Positions 13,901 to 26,525 of a stretch of DNA of 64,000 nucleotides are shown here, in pieces (the first letter of the stretch is position 1; each line of letters starts with the position of its first letter). Made by a program: the position numbers and the translations under genes. Location: NCBI GenBank assembly GCA_002633005.1, contig NMRA01000170.1, positions 282,129 through 346,128 on the forward strand, read 5' to 3'. The notes below the pieces were generated by a model. It saw nothing but the letters and a program-made list of their open reading frames with translations. It was not told the origin of the DNA and made no database searches. Origin of the DNA: Phoronis australis (Eukaryota; Animalia; Phoronida).

Positions 13901-16900
13901 ATTACGGAAAACAGACAGAATTCAAGGGATCTGACTTATGTCACAAAATTAGAGGTTTTGATGGAAAGGGAATTCTCATATTTTGGTAGTTTGGTTTTTA
14001 ATTACCAAACATTGTCTATTAAATTCCACAAGTGTGTCTGCAATTTGATATACATTTTATTTGGGCAGACCTGGTGCAGTAGTTGTTCATTCTTTCTGAA
14101 GAAGGCATTCTTTTTCCAGTTTTGAGAAACAATAAACATGGTGTGCAGCAAGCTAATCTTTCCCATTCCTTGGAAAAGTAGCCCTGTCACTTCTCATTGT
14201 TGAACACAGTAAAGTAGCATTCGGATGCTTGATTTGTTAGAAAATTAGCATTCAAACATTGCAATTGGCTACGGTGGACTATCATCTTGCGAAATGCCTT
14301 TGTGGCTTGCTGCAATCACAAAAATCAATGCATTCCAAACAAATTTATTTTCGAGACGCACTGGAATACAAGGTGTCAAACGAAACAAAATAGATTCAGT
14401 ATACCGTACTTTTGCAACGCTTTCACACACCGCACGACATCCAAATCAATGCATGCACACAGATGCCCATTTTAAAATAGTAAAACAAAATTTGCTAATT
14501 TATGAAATGAAAGAAAACGTAATTTCAGCTTTGCTGAAACTATTTCTCTGTTTTTTGAAAATGGAAAATGTGAGTTTCTATGTGTATTGAGTACTTTTCC
14601 CTCCTCACAACAATAAAATGGACCCATTGTTGCCAAATTGCCTTTATATTTCAACTTGATTGTGCGTGTAATTTGATGCTATCTCTGGCTGTTTCTCACC
14701 AGTTTTGGAAAATAGCAATTACCAAAATTAACCTTGTTCATTTTATAAGGTATTCCAGTGGTGAATAGTAAAGCATTAGCAAACGTGTTCTCAATCAGTG
14801 GCGTTTTACTCTACATACCCTGCACAAAAGCTTATGTCGCTGTCTCATTCCAACAACCTGATAAGTTCATTGTCAGTTACCTGATCTTGTTGTTCCATTA
14901 AAAATAGCAATGCAAGAGATAGTTATCACACCTTCTCAATAACTGGCAGTTTTAGCTCGCACGCACCGTGCAAGTAAAGAATGTCACATCTGTACCTCTT
15001 AATTAATTTTTTTTCTCCATGTGTTTGAGAAAGGCTGTGTTCAATCAATACCAGTATGGCAGCAGTGTGAAATATGTTTAGTGCAATTTAGTCAATCGAT
15101 TTGATTTCATATTTAGTCTTGCTTTGAAATTGTCCATGTCTGCAAATGGCCTAACCAATTTAATGAAATTTGTGTTTAACTGTCAATTGCCATAATTCCT
15201 ACACGCTTACCTAAGAATGAATTGCACTGAGCAGCATTAAAGACATTTTGTCGAGTTACATAACCCTGTTTTAGAAAACCTAAATTTCTGTTTGTTTTCG
15301 TTTTGTACATTATTTCAAAGCAATAAATGACGCAAATGTTGTGGGATTTGCCTTTCTCTTTCCTGTTTTATTTATTTCTCAGCTCTGTTCATTTACCATC
15401 AACTGGCAGCGTGCCATTGTTCATTAGAAATCCTTTGTGGTACCTTGTACTCCATCAATAGATCTGTACAACAACCACTTGCGTCATCAACTCTCACAAT
15501 CACCAGCACTGAACTTGGTTCTTTTGGTGTGAGTCAGGACAATTACCACACTACCCATGACTTAAACAGCAATAAATAAATGAAATAAATTGCAATATCG
15601 TGTACTGGAAATGGTCATTTTTTAACTCAGGCCCGTATTTGAATTTGAATTCCTTGTGAAAAATACAGTTAAAATGATTTTTCCAGCAGAAACATGATGA
15701 CCAACAATGTTTGTTGTCCAACTTCTTCACCATAAAGTATTGAGCTTGTTGGTAATACTTGATGTGGGACAATAGACTGCGTAAATGCTTAAAACAATAG
15801 GCTAGTCTGATTTCAGGATTTAGAATTACTCCTGTGGTGTGGAGTTGAAACTAAGGGATATTTGTAATATAGATTGTTTCTCAACTATTAGAAACAGGAA
15901 AAAGAACACCGCCACCTCGAAACGAAAGCGCTGCTCTTGGTCATGCTTGTCCTCTGGTGGTCACTACGTTTTCATCAAATTAAATGCCCCGTTTTCATGA
16001 CTTTTCTGAGCGCTCGGGTGTCAAGCATTACGAGAGAAATCTGGTCAGTATGTCCCACTCTACACAGTTTACACTGAAATTGCAGTGCTTAATGCAACAC
16101 TTGCCTATTGGCTTACGATGGCATATCTTCAATCCATATAACTATGTCTTCATTGAGTATGGGAAACGCACGGAAATCATATGTACTGTAGCTGACGTGG
16201 TACTACTAGAACTAACTATAGCTGTAACAGTTTAACGCAGTGGGTTATAATTGAATATGCATAATAGTAAATAGACCAGAAAAAATGTTACAATGTACGC
16301 GTCAGGGATTGAACGCAACACAAAAGTTAATACCGGTAGAACGATATGCACGATACTCACTGTAGATTATGCCGCCAGTGTACATTAAACCAACCATTCG
16401 TATCTTAGTGTCTTGAGCAATTGACTAGTAATGCACTCACGTCCTACACGGCAAGTGATGCGCTTTATAACCATAAATCTACCCGCGGAAGAGCGAAAAC
16501 TTGCATTCTTGTCAATGTTCGTAACTTATGTGTTGATGCGGTTTGCAATACGTGACCTGTATATACAACTGAGAAGGATCAACTCATGCCATCTCGACCC
16601 TGAGTTCATGAAATTTACTCTCTGTAAGACTTTATGTGCTTGTCAAACCTGTCAGAGACGGTGGTTAGCGACAAAGCGATGCGTAGATTTTTAAGATTAA
16701 AAATCACTATGCCTTGAGGTGTTAAGTTTGGCCAGGGACGCTTAAAATGAAATTTAAGAAAATCTTTGGCTTAAGGCTGTGATAGGAAATTGGAAACAAT
16801 TAGGGACTTGGCGTTTAACCCATCTGTGGGTTTACCCAGAGAAATTTACTGTAGGAACCTTCATACGTGATAAACTTGCCCTTGCATCATGTTTTAATGC

Positions 16901-19900
16901 GTCTTGCTTCGATGGCCCCATGATCTCCGTGACAGAGCATTCAAACTGATCAGGAATTACAAAATTCATGTACATGCTTTAGAGTCCATAGCCTCTATTT
17001 AAAACCTTGAAATCAATACCTGAATTATGTTAAACACCCGAAATGTCCTGTTTTGCTTAGAAATGAGGACAGTGGCAGTTGAGCCAAACTGAGGTGACTA
17101 AAAATTCTAAACTTGTTACTGCAGGTGGAGAAAATTGGACCTTAACGCATCAACCTGCTGTGAACTACTGAAGCTGAACAGTTCAGTTTTTGCAATTTAA
17201 ATCGAGGCCCTCTAGTTTAAGTTGTCCTAGAAAGGACGTCTGTGACCTCTGTGAAGACCGCCCAAGAATTTCTGATTTGTAATCAAACAATCGCCAATAT
17301 ACGATTAAAAGTCACATCTGCATATTGATTTTAACATTTTGAAGCCCATGGACCAAATACACTGAAATGCACTTGATATGAAAGTCCTTTTGAAGATAGC
17401 CCAAAAATGTCTTATTTTTGTTCTCAAACTAAGTGGTCTTTGACAAGTCCTGTCTGGAAAGGTTTTATCATTGAATATTGGTTGCTAAAATTACATTACC
17501 CCAAGGCAAAATATAGATCTTCCTAAAAGGTCACAAACACGAGTCCCCAGCTTAATTGATATTTTTGATGGGATGTTTTAGAAATGAAAGCATTTTTGTG
17601 TGCTTATTTTGAAGTAATTGTGGTTCCTCTATTAGAGGGTTTAGTAATCCAAGATATGGTTAATTCTTCTCATAGTTAATACACTCTAATGAGGATTGAT
17701 TGACAGTTCATTCAGCTTTTCAATAACATTGATAACTGAGTAATCACTGTTCTCATGGAGGGATCTAACCAGCATAGAGACTTTCAATTAAGTGAGTTTC
17801 CTATTTCAGTGTTGCATGGTCACATGGGTTTTATGTGCTGCCATCTGGTTGTATAGAGAGGTATTTCTTTGTATTTAGGTAACACAAGAATACTGTTGCC
17901 TAAACTAGAGACGCGTTGTGTTTTGTAGATGTTAGACACCTGCAAGTCATGCTAGGTAGTGTGATCACAAGCTTCAGTAGTCTTGGCAGTATCTCGTGAA
18001 GACGTTCATGATCCTGTTTTCGAGCAGGAAACTTGTTCGGAGTGCAGCCTCGTTATGGAGTTCAGGGCATAATAATTGTAACAAAATTTTACAAAATTTG
18101 TTGAAACTGAGTTGTAATTGAACAGTTTCTGGCATGTTTCTGATTACTTTGAACAGTAAAATTTCTTCAAATTGGAACACAGTATGACGCAACAGTAAAA
18201 GTTTATTTAATCAAATTTTTCAGTAAGCGTATCAAGAAGACAATTTTACTTGATTTCTTTAATGAAAACATTGTATAGTATGGGCCATCATGAACTAATA
18301 CATAATAAAATTTTGAATATTTTTGAATAAATATACGAATATTTTTGGCAATATAGTGAGCGTCTGAAAAATGAAAAATGACATCTTGTTTGAATTTGAA
18401 AAAAAGTTTACGGTACCCTGTTTCATCACATCGTTTGGGGAAGGTCGTTTGGACATTGTGCTGAAAAGTTTACAATCTGGTCTTCTGTTGGGCAGTTAGT
18501 GTCACTGCTGATGAAGGCATTTAGTCGCCATGGTTTCATGTTCAAACTCTTCCATTTTGTTGCTGTTGATTGCTGTGTGCTTTTTGTTGAGCTGCACCAT
18601 CAAATACTTCCTTGTGAAATTGAAAATGGACCACAGGTCTGCAATATGGGGCTTGGTATGTTAAATTGACAATCTAATGTTTTGTGAGTATATTGTTACC
18701 AGTGTTACATGTGGTGCTTGTATTTTGATTTGTATGCTGTATTTTGTAGTGCTCGCCCTAAAACGGGGGGGTGGGGGCATGCGCAGGGTAATAGTTCAAG
18801 ATTTCAAAAAATAACACGTCCAAAATGCGTTTCTCAGTGACCAATGACAGATGAATGCGTTTTGAAAAATTTTCTGAATAATACCTTTTTTCACAAATTT
18901 TCATCTTGCCTGCTTATTTTTTATCCTTTTTCTACCAAAAATGATTCCCTTTTCACATGTGCCGAGGTAGGGTTGATTATTATTAAACATTGTTTGAGTT
19001 TTCGCGACACTTTCATACATTGAATCGTACCCTTTTTCTTGAATCGTATTTGGAGCTTGACAAGACCTTTTCCAGTGAATTCTTGTTTTCAGGGTACATG
19101 TACTGGACATGTCTTCTTTCTGTTGCACTGCACCTCCAAACACTCCGTTGCAGTGGAGTCATCTTCCAAAATTCCTTGGTTCCAAAAGTTCCGAAATTAT
19201 TACAAACCATATACACTGCACACTGGAAAAATTAAACAAATCTTCTTAAGTTATATTTCTTTCAAATTTTCAAAAAGTTTTGTTCACCCATCAAGTTACT
19301 ATATATGTGTGTTTCTTAGCCAATGTTTGTGTCGGGTGAGGCAAAACTGGCACATTGGGCAAGCGAACATGCTATTTGAAGTAGTTACAAGTAAAGGTTA
19401 TGCATTCAGATGATGCAGGTTTTAAATTGCTTAGTTTTGTGATAATATTTTTGTTTTTCACCTATTGTGCGACCCACCTCCATTAATATTGTGATAGCCA
19501 GTTTCAAAATAGGATACACAGATTGTCTTGACTTTCAACACCAGTATAAATCTTTGTCCATTGATTATCCTGCGTACAAAAGCTGAACATGCTGTTTAAA
19601 TGTCACTCCACTGATATTAGTTTCTCTATAATTATATCAATATAAATCAGTATTCATGCAATATACCATGCTAGCTCAAGCCACATGACTATTTATATGC
19701 CTGCTTCATATCAGTTCTTAGCATTTAGCTGCAGTCATTTTTTCTTTTGGAGCCAAATTTAGGGCAGAGGAGTGGTCCCGTTCTTGGGTCTTTAAACTTC
19801 AACCACTATCCTCTCCGGGGATCCTTTCTGAGTCTCTGTTCCTGACCATCAAATACTGGTACCAAACCGCATGGTCCTGGACCCAATCTTCATTTCAATT

Positions 19901-22026
19901 CCCAAGAGCAGAATTTGTTGTTGGTCCTTGATGAGAAGCAGGTTACTTACATAAAGTTTGGTGGTATGGGTCTGAAGTTTTAGCTTGCATGTGTTGTATT
20001 AGCTGACGGATGAGAACTAGGCATGAAATGAGTGGCGACAGGGGAGGACTTCTCTGTGCCCCCCTCCCCCTGCTGCTATGTTATCGTATGTACTGCTATC
20101 TAGCAGCTCTCACCATTATTTTTGTTGAGGACAGCTTACTGTTGAGTCTCAAATTTCAAATAAAATCAGAAAAACAGTTGTTGGAATTGTCCCTTCTTCA
20201 TATTTCGAATGCTTTTTGAACGTTGGTCGTGGAATTGCATTGTCTTATCATAGCTATGGTTCAGATACTGAAAATGGTTTTTACTGAAATGGTGCTACTT
20301 GTAGGTCACGACAAAAGACGATAAAATTTCCTCTCTTTGCCATAGGAAGATTTTACCAGTAAGAAACTAGGGGTGTTTCAGTGATCAGTTTGGAAAACAT
20401 GTCTATGGGTCAATTGACCTTGACCCTGCAAGTCAATTTAGAGGGCCTATGACTCCTGTTAGATTTTATTCTTCAGTATGATTGTATCCGCTATCCCAGT
20501 ACATTACACAGATTTTGAGCAGCAGGTTTCCACTGCTGCTGTGCAGTGCAGTACAGTGCAATGTGTGTTGTTCATATACGAAGACAAAATAATGTCATCG
20601 CCAACACAATCACCGCCTCCACCAAAAATTTGATGTGTCAGTGTGGTAGAGCATACTCCTGAAAAAGCTCTGGTCTCTTGTTCTTCTTATAGCTTATGAA
20701 ATTGATCAAATGGTGCTCTCAAAATGTACGAGGTGGCATTGATTAAAAAGCAAGCCCACCTGAGAAATGCGTGCATGTATATACTCAGGTAATTATGCGG
20801 GATCTACTATCTCTATACCCCCCCCTATTGGAAAATAGTTTCTTATTCGCAATGAATGTGTTTGGGTAATAAAGAAGGACACTTTCTTCATTTGCGCCAC
20901 CTTGTGAAAAGTGCATCTGTTCATACTTTATTTGACTGGATGTCTTGTTTGACAACAAGTTTATTGTGTGCCCACACGTGTATGTGCATATTGCTGCCTT
21001 CTGTTTTTTGGTGAATCGGCATGTGCATATCTGGCTTCTGGGCATCACGCATCCAGCGTCCACTGTTGTGATACCACAGCCCCTGGTACATGTATTCCTA
21101 CAGAGATGACAGAACTTTTGAAAGTGACTATGACAGTGTATCCCCTTCTGGCAATTTTAGTGTTTTACTTTGTCTCTGACTTCTAAGTTCCTTGATGGAC
21201 TTTAAGGAAATTTGGCAAATAGGAGGCCATTAGGGAGCATTAGTACTTTTCCATTTTCGGACATATTTGAGGTATTCTGCACTACTTAGTGGCGGCCATT
21301 TTTATTATTTATGAGTCTGCTGTCTGTCTCTCTATTTGCCAAACTTAACTTGCATGATTACTATGGAAATTGGCACTTTTGTTCCTGTCAAGAAGCTCAT
21401 GTCTGATTTTTGGATGGATCTGACTAACTGTGGTGTCACCTAGTGACAGTTTTTTGAATCAGCTGCATCTCCTTGACCCCAGGCAAGTATTTTTCTGGGA
21501 ATGTGTCAACAGATGATGACCACTTTCAGATGGATCTCTGACCACCCCTGCTAGACGTATGTTGTACATGGTTCATGTGTTTCATGATGCTCAGTGAATA
21601 TAATTAATGAACACACAGTTTTATTTTAGCTGGTGTTATTTCTATGAACAAAACACAGAAGCAAATTACTACTACACTGTATGCCGTAACAGCACCTGGG
21701 CTGGAGGCCACCAGACTGTACTCAGTCCCTTTATTTTCTTAAGCTTAGATATTCTTAGGCTGAGTAAATTCTCATGTTTTGGGTCTAGCAAATGTACCCA
21801 AACAATGTCACTGAAAATTCGGAGTATTACTCCAGTTCTCGGAGCGTGTCCAGTCACCAATAATTCCTGAGTAAAATAATGGGCACACTTGAGGAAAATG
21901 ACTCCAGAATTCCTAGACTGTTTTGTACCTTGCATGAAAATTACTTAAATAAATAGTACAATTTATTTTGAAGCCTTGAACCTCACAATTTGATACCAAT
22001 TGTATTTAATCAAATTGCATTGAGTG

Positions 22027-22523
22027 CAGGCCTTTATCCAGGATTTCGAAAATAGGGTTCCAAAATGGGTTCCCAATATTCCAGGGCGTCCATGATTCCG
22101 ACGCGTAACCCCCCACCCCTAGCAATCCCCCCAAACACAGATTTTTTTACAAAAAAATGCATAGACCAAGACTTTTACAATGCTAGCAACCAAGTGTGAG
22201 TATAGCAACATTGTATATACCTTGTATATACATTGTATATTTCTTCCTGCTTTGAAAAAAGAGCCACCACTGTAAGTCTTCACAGGCTTCCTCTAATCAT
22301 TACAATGTGTGTGTCCAAACTTGAAAGGTACCTATTGATAGTGGGCTTCCAAATGATACATTGGGCCTCCTTGCCAGGGTCCATATTAGTGCTAGGAGTC
22401 CATTTGGACGCTCATTTGGACGCCCATTTGGACGCTCATTTGGACGCCCATTTGGACGCCCATTTGGACGCCCATTTGGATGCCCATTTGGACGCCCAGG
22501 GCGTTACGCTGCATAAAGGCCTG
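22027..22523. mobile_element. hAT-type MITE with perfect 8-bp target-site duplication
   Basis: TIRs caggcctttatccag / ctgcataaaggcctg (14/15 match); attgagtg on both sides (22019-22026 and 22524-22531). CAG termini with an 8-bp TSD are characteristic of hAT elements. Confidence 0.9.
22401..22498 (+). repeat. 12-bp tandem repeat (catttggacgcY) x8 inside the hAT MITE
   Basis: Eight consecutive units read directly; they explain the HLDA repeat in ORF 22233-22589. Confidence 0.95.
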
Positions 22524-24462
22524 ATTGAGTGCGCGTACATATTTATTTGTAAAGTACATAACACCCTTCTGCTTTTTAGTTTGAATTAAATTTTTAACTA
22601 AATGACAATAAAATCATCTCCTTTATGGGAAAATTCAAGTTGATTGACTGGAATGTAGAGGATGCTAAGTTTCAAAATGTATCTAAACTTCACTTTTCTT
22701 GTTTTATCACACAGACTTCCATAGCAATTCGATAATAGTTCTTGAGTTTTAGTTAAGACTTTAATGGACTTGAGAAAAGTTTGGTAGTCACCATTTCTTC
22801 AGTGTTACTCAAATAAGTACATCTTGGAGTCTCTGAGTAATTTAAGGGTCTGAGTAAAAGTTTGATAGTCAGGAGCCCTAAAGTTATTACTGTCCTTTTG
22901 CAAATTCTGTAAATTTTGCTTTTTTCTAAAATTTGGGATTTAAGGTGCTGATGATAAAATCTCACGAATTTCGGACTAAAATACTGATGCCAAAATTGAT
23001 TGTTTTTCATTTTTCAAATTCCTGCGGTACGAGAATTTATTTTATGTTACTCGTCTTTTAGGAATTTTTTAAAATAAAGTTTCCACGGATCACCATACCG
23101 AGTCCAGTTTCAGTATAACTCCAGGAGTTCATTCAATAACGCAAGTTACAAGTGAAATTCCGGGCTCTGATTGCAATGCATAGGGATATCCCACTAAGCT
23201 TTGTATGCCGTATCTCTGAACTAACGTCTTGTAAAGTTAAGCCTTTTACGTGTGGTTAATTTTTTCTTTGACGACGCTTTTGTTACACTAACATTACCTG
23301 TCTAAGAATCCACTTTTTCTGAATTTACCTCCTGTGCTATGGCTGAACTAGGTTATAAATTAAGAATTTACAACTAACCATAACAGTATTCTACTGGGGT
23401 TAGCTTACTTCATAACTGTGATGGAGACTGATAGTCTATTGGGAAATTACATTGATTTGAGACTTGGTTGTTCAGGGTCTATCGACCATGACTGGGTTGT
23501 AATTGATGGCCTTACTAGAAATATTGTGTCCTTAACTTGTTTGAGACATGTTCTGGTAATAAGAGCACTAGGTCAGTGTTTGCAAAAATTATTGCAGCTG
23601 GCCATTTATTGGCATTGATGGATTGAGAAATTATCTATCTTGGCCTCAACATATAAATGGAATGCCGTCTTCATCACAACCTGTAGAAGGTAATCTACTG
23701 CCTAAATATTCCACTACATACGGTACATATCTACACACGTGTGTGTGTGTGTGTTTGTCTGTGTGTGTATGTTTGTACTGGCATATTTTTCATGCTTGGC
23801 ACTGTATCCTTCCATATTAGGGCCCAGGGCACTTAAATTGAGAAAATAAAAAATCAGAACGTGGTTGTCAACCATTTCGATATGATCAATTCACGTCATT
23901 GCCTCTAGAGGGAGTTGTAGCACTGTTTGTCATGTTACATGAACCGGTATTGACGGTAATGGTAACTTCAATTTACAACACAATATGGTGAAGCAGCTTA
24001 TTGAAATTTTTTACAAAAGTAATCCGAAAGAAAACTTTGCTCAGTTTATACTGTGCGGCTCAGGTTGTCAAAAACACATTGGGGAAATTATGAGCATTTT
24101 AACAACGCAGTGAGCTTTAAATTTGGAAAATGTCAGTTTTGGCAGTTAGTATCACTTAAATTCAAGGAAACTATATGTACAACTTTGATTAAATATATAC
24201 AATCCATTGTTTTTAAGCCATTTAATCAAACTTGTTCTCAAGTTTGAGACAGTCTATAAGATGTGCAGTCTGTCCTGGAAAGGATGATGCATTTTAATCA
24301 GTTTCACCTGTGTATGCTACAAAACAAGTTCACTAAAACAACTAAAATATTGAGTTTTGCAAGTACAATGGAGTTACATTTGGTTAATATATGAGCACTT
24401 TCGAACATGCACATCTATCACTCTGGTCGTTGCTATAACACGGTCCATCTTTGTTTCTGTAG

Positions 24463-24611
24463 TATCGCATCGGTCAACTGTACATGATCGCCAAGCACAG
24501 TCTGGAACAGAGCGAGAAAGGCGAGGGCGTAGAGGTGGTGCGTAACGAGCCATGTGAACACGCAGTTCATGGGAAGGGCCAGTTCACCGAGAAACGCATT
24601 TATCTATCCAG
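24463..24611 (+). CDS. PITPNC1: Cytoplasmic phosphatidylinositol transfer protein (class IIB PITP, RdgB-beta), first exon found in the window
   Basis: ag|YRIGQLYMIAKHSLEQSEKGEGVEVVRNEPCEHAVHGKGQFTEKRIYLS(S)|gtcagt; 149 nt, phase 0 to 2; closely matches the PITP N-terminus. Confidence 0.96.
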
Positions 24612-26203
24612 GTCAGTACAGAAGGGTTGTCATTTTTTCATAGTGTACGTAAAAGTAATCGCTGCGTCGCTAAAGATCCCCAGAACTTCTTCATGTGTTC
24701 ACTGAAGACAGCTGAACTTCATAAATTGTATTTAAGAAAAAATACTTTTCTTCCTATTTATTTTTCTTGTGATTTATTTTTATTGAAAATACACTATTCT
24801 GCCATATTGTGTCATAAAGTGAAAAAAATACGGAATTGGATATTTATGTAGCAATTTTAGTGTTTATAGACATTTTTACAAGTTTGAGAAAAAGTGAACT
24901 ATTTTAAAACAAAAAGTTAGTACGTTAATTTTTCATCCACTTTTTTACAAGGAATTGTCAACATTGCTGTACTCTTCGTCCATGCTATTATACTTGGCTT
25001 TTTCTGTCATCATCTCTGTCTGTGTGTCCCCACTGCGCAGTCCCATCATCTTCCTCTATCCAATGAACCATTGGAAAGACCTTCAGGAAATTTGACAGGC
25101 TTGTTCCAATCATAGATAGCAAGGATGGCTGACTTTGATTCTTTAGAGGATGTCACAACTACTGTCATCCTAGTGGTATTTTTTGTGTTTTGTTTGCCAC
25201 ACAGTGGACAGGAAATTCATTGGAAGTATATTAACACAGATTACTCAGCTTAAGTTGCTTCTAACCATGGCTTATAGATCTATAGAAAAAAGCACCGTGG
25301 CGTTGAGCATTGAAAATTGCAGTTCCTGTCCAATGGAGTAACCTGTCAAGACAGCAGGACACATCTGTTGTTTTCACTTTACAAATATCCTTAATTCTTA
25401 CTGGACTCAGTTGAATCTTCTGAAGCTTAATAAGCTGTTTTATTACTAAAGGTGAAACCTTGTTAAGTGTCAATGACTTCACAATGAACCCATTGTTATT
25501 TGTAAACTCATGCCTGCTCCCCACATGTTTTCAAGGTTGTAAGCATTCAAAGGCAGGACAGTCCAGAAAAACGTAAAGCAAATACTCAGGGGGGGAGGGT
25601 GGTGGCAGGCAGATTTGACGTCTGCCCTGATGTGTTGTCACCATGGTTTCATCTCCGATGTTACAACTTCTTCGGAGTGTAGGGTGTATATGCCCTACCA
25701 CCAGCCCCCTCTCCGCTTCCTGTGGCGTAGCATGTAACTAGAACAACGGAACCATACAACATTGTAGTCTGTAGAACAGTGTTTACTGTTTAGTTACTTC
25801 CTCAATTACTTTGTCGCTCAGCTGGTGTGAACATTTATGTTTTTGACGACGCTGCATTTTTGTCTGAACCAATAGTAGTGATGTTTCCGCTGGACTGGGC
25901 TGTCATTGAGCTCAATAGGGGCACGACAGCATTCCGATGGTAAGCATCCCGTCGCAAATGTTTGACAACATTGTTCCAGTTGGGGGGTATGTGAGCTATG
26001 GACTGAGGATAAAGTTTTAAACTAAATGTTCTTTGTTTCTTGATTTTTTGAATATTGGATGAATTGCGAGACACGATTATAACACGGGCTTCAATACTGA
26101 ATGATCTAATTACTTTGTGAACAAGCATAAAAGTTGACTGTTATTCAGTCTTACTGAATCTTCACTCTCAGTGGGTTGTTAAATTTTCTGGTAATTCAGT
26201 CTC

Positions 26204-26525
26204 CAGGAATATTTCTGATCAGGTTTGAACCTGTCCCCTTTCGGCGCACCTGATGATAAAAAGTGTGCCTTTTTTTCAAAAAGATGTGCCCTGCAAACTT
26301 AGTGTAATTAAAGTGGTAACATATGAAACAGAAACCCCAAGGGCAATCGAAATAAGAACGGAATCATATTTTGCCTGTCTAATTTTACTAGAACCTTGTT
26401 TTTTCCGTGGAGGACTGTTGCGTTTTAAAAGATGTGCACCAGGGGGCGCACTGCTGCAACGTACTTGTGCCTTTTTATTTTTACATGCGTTAATGGCGCA
26501 AAGACGCAGTCCAGGAATATCCCTG
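26204..26525. mobile_element. Putative hAT-like MITE
   Basis: caggaatatttctg ... caggaatatccctg form imperfect inverted ends (12/14); flanks agtctc / aatctc. Confidence 0.4.

Noticed and set aside
18500-18540. ctgatgaaggc...gcc hammerhead-like core
   Set aside because: The required GAAA after stem II is missing.
22401-22498. Tandem arrays (also 6036-6124, 42157-42217, 2655-2800) as CRISPR-like arrays
   Set aside because: Contiguous units with no unique spacers, no cas genes, and a eukaryotic context.
22233-22589. ORF with an (HLDA)n repeat
   Set aside because: Translation of a 12-bp tandem repeat inside a MITE; no splice or homology support.
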